NCBI GenBank assembly: GCA_951406725.2 | Contig: OX597820.1 | Coordinates: 9,858,001 to 9,922,000, forward strand | Length of the DNA stretch: 64,000 nucleotides | From: Octopus vulgaris | Lineage: Eukaryota | Reading direction: 5' to 3' | Shown here: one piece after another, positions 59,831 through 64,000 of the stretch | Layout of the letters: the number at the start of each line of letters is the position of its first letter | How positions within the stretch are numbered: the stretch's first letter is position 1 | Translations under genes and position numbers: made by a program | The notes under the pieces: model-generated | Databases searched by the model: none | Told to the model about the DNA's origin: nothing | What the model saw: the letters and a program-made list of their open reading frames with translations, nothing else

Positions 59831-59919
59831 CAGAGAGATAGATAGATAGATAGATAGATAGATATATAGATAGATGGATAGATACATAGATAGATAGATA
59901 GATAGATAGATAGAGACAC

Positions 59920-60012
<93 letters not shown>

Positions 60013-60117
60013 CATAGATAGATGGATAGAGATAGATAGATAGATATAGACAGATGGATAGATAGATAGATAGATAGATACATAGATAGATGGATAGATA
60101 GATAGATATATAGACAG

Positions 60118-60153
<36 letters not shown>

Positions 60154-60182
60154 CAGAGAGATAGATAGATAGATAGACAGAC

Positions 60183-60214
<32 letters not shown>

Positions 60215-60220
60215 TGATAG
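59485..60220. repeat. Long imperfect (GATA)n array
   Basis: Direct reading. Confidence 0.95.
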
Positions 60221-60556
60221 TGAGAAAAAAGAGAGAGAAAGAACTAGTGAGGCAGAACAAAAAAAAAAAAAGAAAACGAAGCATCAGATTAAAAAACGCG
60301 TAATGAAAAACAGAAAAGAAAACGTTATTCGAATCAATATTGGAAAGAGAGATAACCACGATTTTTTTGTGGCTTGACCCGCCGCTTCTCCAAGCTTCTT
60401 TGATGTAAAACTCACCCCACACCGTTCCAACATGCCACTGCACTCCATATCAGTCTCGACCATACATTTATACGAAGACTACATTAAGCCACATTACAGT
60501 CCACTGCGCCACGCTCTACTATCGCGTTATTGCAGGCAGACTATATGATGCTGACT

Positions 60557-61258
60557 GGTACTCCGTCGTTGGCGACGATGCGGGTTCCACTTGATCCAAT
60601 CAACGGAAGAGTTTCTTTTTTTATTTTCGTTTTACCTGTTTCAGTCATTTGACTGCGGCCATGCAGGAGCACCGCCTTTAGTCGAGCAAATCGACCCCCA
60701 GGACTTATTCTCTGTAAGCCTAGTACTTATTCTATCGTTATATTTTGCCGAACAGTTAAGTGACGGGGACGTAAACACACCAGTATCGGTTGTCAAGCGA
60801 TGTTGGGGCACAAACATAGACACACAAACACCCCCACACATATATATGTATACGTATACATATATACGACAGGCTTCTTTCAGTTTCAGTCTACCAAATC
60901 CACTCACAAGGCTTTGGTCAACCCGAGGCTATAGTAGAAGACACTTGCCCAAGGTGTCACGCAGTGGGACTGAACCCGAAACCATGTAGTTGGTAAGCAA
61001 GCTCCTTACCACATGTGCAAGTGACTGAGTACTCCACAGAGACGCGTACCCTCGACGTAGTTCGCAAGGAGATTCAGCGTGACACAGAATGTGACAAGGC
61101 TGGCCTTTTTGAAAACACAAATACTATTCATTTTTGCCTGCTGAGGGGACTGGAACAAAGTCTCATAGAATGGCTTTTTCAAAGACACAACGCACCGCCA
61201 GGAATCGAACTCACGACCGTGGGCCGAATATCGTATTCACTAAGCCACGTGCCCTCAC
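60557..61258 (-). mobile_element. CORE-like SINE with tail D, interrupted by a full family A copy (60625-61013)
   Basis: Tail D end at 60557-60608 resumes at 61014 (gtgcaagtgactgagtactcc); head at 61180-61258. Confidence 0.78.
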
Positions 61259-61442
61259 AGCTATATACTATATCTGCTATGTTTATATCGACATGGCTGT
61301 GTGGTTAAGAAGCTCGCTTTGAAACAACGTGGTTTTGGGCTCAGTCCTACTGCGCAGCGCCTTGAGCGAGTGTCTTCTTACAGAAACACCGAATCGACCT
61401 ATGTGAGTGCATTTGGTAGACAGAAACGTGCGAAAGCCCATC

Positions 61443-61503
<61 letters not shown>

Positions 61504-61504
<1 letters not shown>

Positions 61505-61756
61505 CGGAGATGTATTTGCATAGCAAATGACCTGATCTGAGATCGTGTGCTGGAACGAAAACAACTGCAGCGTGGAAGGTGTTTATAAGCCATTTAAGGA
61601 ACACACAAAAACCCTCAGATTCCCTTCAACATTTAAATTTAATTTGTCAAAATATTTTCGTCGCTTTAAGACCGCGACCTGTTCACTGACAAAACTCCGT
61701 CCTGCATCTGATGCATCACGGAGTCTTGTCAATGAATACCTATCCACGCTGCAATT

Positions 61757-61760
<4 letters not shown>
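61504..61760 (-). mobile_element. Structured element between (TA)n arrays, with hammerhead-topology motif and hairpin
   Basis: Three-stem motif at 61643-61693 (-) and 19-bp-arm hairpin at 61682-61736. Confidence 0.55.
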
Positions 61761-61838
<78 letters not shown>

Positions 61839-61935
61839 TTGGTCTGGTCAACCAAATCTGAACTTTGGATTATAACCAACAGAAACAACGACGCTATAAG
61901 ATCTCAGAGTAAGCATCCACGGTTATATTGGAATA

Positions 61936-62876
61936 TTGGTTCGTTAGATAAATTCATTCGTTGCTTTTGAATGTTCTTTGAATTAAGACGAAAAATATTT
62001 TTGCCGAATTGTTTTATGCGATTTTTTTAGCTCCATTATTTCTCTCCAAATTGTATTTATTGTTTTTGAAATTGAATAAACTTTATCTCTTTTTAAATGT
62101 ATGACAATGGAATGCCAAAAAAAAAAAAAATCAAACTAACAAACAAACAAAATGTGAATATTTTCGACACCTGCTTCTCTTCGCTTTAAATCAAAGTTTC
62201 AAAACTGCCCAAAACGCTCGAGACATTTGTGTCGTGCACGGAGGAGCTGTTCCTCAAAGAACTATACAGAAATGGTTTTCAGGCTTCAAAGATGGTAAAT
62301 TAGACCTCACAAATTCTCTGCATTCAGCCGACCTGTTCTTTTAATGAGAATCGACTGAACGACTCATCTCCAAATACCCTTATCCACTCACTAGGTTGGC
62401 TCTTATGATACTGTCGCGTGTCACCTTCGTTCGATGGGTAAGGTCCAAAACCGAGGCAAGCCAGATGAAGCAACCAAAGTCGCGATCCGGCGTACTTCTG
62501 CAACACAACAACGCTCGCCCTTCGCCGCTAATTTGACCAAAAATTCTATTCAAGAGCTAATTTGGGAAGTTCTGCGAAATCCCTCGTATTCTACAGATAG
62601 AACGCCCTCAGTTATCAACTTTTCGGTCGCTCCTCAACAGTCAGTCTACGAGGCATTTCGTTCAAAAACGTCGTGGAGCTGGAAACGTGGCTCAATGAAT
62701 TCTCCGAGTTAAAACACAGTGAATTCTTACGTCAAGGCATTGACAAACTTGTGCGACATTAGTGGTGAACAATGAAGGAGAATATTTTATTGAGTGATTT
62801 GTTAAAATTGTTGACGAAAAATAGGGATTAAAATAAATGGGAAGAAAAATACAAACGAATGTATCTGAAAAACCAA
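61936..62876 (+). mobile_element. Internally deleted, decayed mariner transposon
   Basis: TA-flanked TIRs (ttggttcgttagata / tatctgaaaaaccaa); FRHLLLFA..ARDIC.VHG..RTIQKWF..FKDG HTH; LLQHNNARP, WEVL.NPSYS.D..PS, GIDKLV and NEGEYF motifs with frameshifts. Confidence 0.85.
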
Positions 62877-63740
62877 TATTATATCACACCCCATCATACA
62901 AGCGTTAATAACACTGGGTGACCATTAGAACGGAATTTTATTTTCTTTATCGAGGAAATTTGCATATGTCAAGAAGTCTTCAGCAGTCAAGATTATAATC
63001 TAGTTGGATATAGAAAAATTTTGCTGTAGCTTTATAACATATCGGCAGCTGTTTCTACATAACTATTTTCGTTATGTTTAAACATTTAATCCGAGAATAG
63101 ATTCTCTTTGTTCGGATGTCATCACTCGAGGAAGACAAATATTTTTACCATGTCAAGCTGAAGGAATTCAGATCAATAATACATTAGGGCTAATTCACTT
63201 AACCAAATATATTCCCTCGATAAAATTGTTCTTGTGGCCAGTTAAAACAGATTCATTATGCTCCTGTAACTTATTTTATTGCACGCTGCTGAAAATTAGA
63301 AACTAATTTTTCCCCGCTATTAATTAGCTGTATTTGAAATGATATGTGACACATCAAACCAAGCAGCGTGAATAATCTAGTTTGGTTCGCTAGCATCTGC
63401 ATCAATAACGGCAACTTGTAACTGTAATTAATATCAGGTGGTGCGTTAATTGCCACGGAGCAGAAATAAATGCCTTCAATGGCGACCTGACTTATTCGGT
63501 TCTTCCCGGGCTAAATTGACAAATTATTGAACACAAAATATCGAACGCTATGTAATCTCTAACCAGCACCAACACTACCACCACCACCACCCTCATACCG
63601 CCGTTGCAACGCTACCGCCACCACCACCACCAACTCCACCGCAAACTCCACCATCCTCACATCCACGACCACCACTGCCATCAACGCCGTTGCCGCCACC
63701 ACCATAACAATTACGACGACGACGACGACGACCACCCCCA

Positions 63741-63815
63741 CAGGCATATGGCGTAGTGGTTAAGAGCGCGGGCTACTAACCCCAAAATTACGAGTTCGAT
63801 TCCAAGTAGTGACCT
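63741..63815 (+). mobile_element. Short tRNA-derived SINE head or tRNA pseudogene followed by (TAC)n(TAA)n
   Basis: A box tggcgtagtgg, B box gagttcgattcc; acceptor stem not intact. Confidence 0.55.
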
Positions 63816-63816
63816 G

Positions 63817-63872
<56 letters not shown>

Positions 63873-64000
63873 ATAATAATAATAATAATAATAATAGTAA
63901 TAATAATAGTAATAATAATAATAATTAATTCGTTTATTGGCCACAAGGGCTAGCAAAAATCAATTAAAACATAAAGAGACAAAACACAGGACGAAAGTTA

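Noticed and set aside
59273-60443. Long ORFs (YLSI repeats) and similar YI, CV, HT and MYVC ORFs across the window
   Set aside because: Stop-free frames of microsatellites
60405-60485. Possible minus-strand exon ending at a GTGAGT donor
   Set aside because: Weak acceptor, short frame, no partner exons
63741-63815. Functional tRNA gene (also considered for family A and C heads)
   Set aside because: Acceptor and T stems do not pair properly, and the heads run into SINE bodies or microsatellite tails

Overview
AT-rich, repeat-dominated eukaryotic intergenic or intronic DNA. The SINE and microsatellite repertoire suggests an octopus (cephalopod) genome; this is inference, not checked. No intact host protein-coding gene is supported, and nearly all listed ORFs are translations of (TA)n, (CA)n, (TATG)n, (TATC)n or (TAA)n microsatellites. 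The window contains: (i) many copies of at least three tRNA-derived SINE families (labelled A, B, C here), with heads and 3' tails that appear to be swapped between families; (ii) two 5'-truncated R4/Dong-clade restriction-endonuclease LINE copies sitting in (TAA)n arrays, plus a non-coding element also bounded by (TAA)n; (iii) several mariner remnants, one of them a fold-back; (iv) a non-autonomous Helitron; (v) Penelope-like and RTE-like LINE remnants; (vi) long palindromes and two local tandem duplications. The most notable signal is a dispersed set of about ten minimal type I hammerhead-ribozyme-like motifs. Some have a canonical core, others a variant core, and stem I co-varies between copies. 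They lie in short non-coding elements next to (TA)n, resembling Penelope pLTR/retrozyme-type elements, and three cluster co-oriented at 10.1-10.8 kb. All coordinates were read by eye and are approximate unless a TSD or terminus is quoted.
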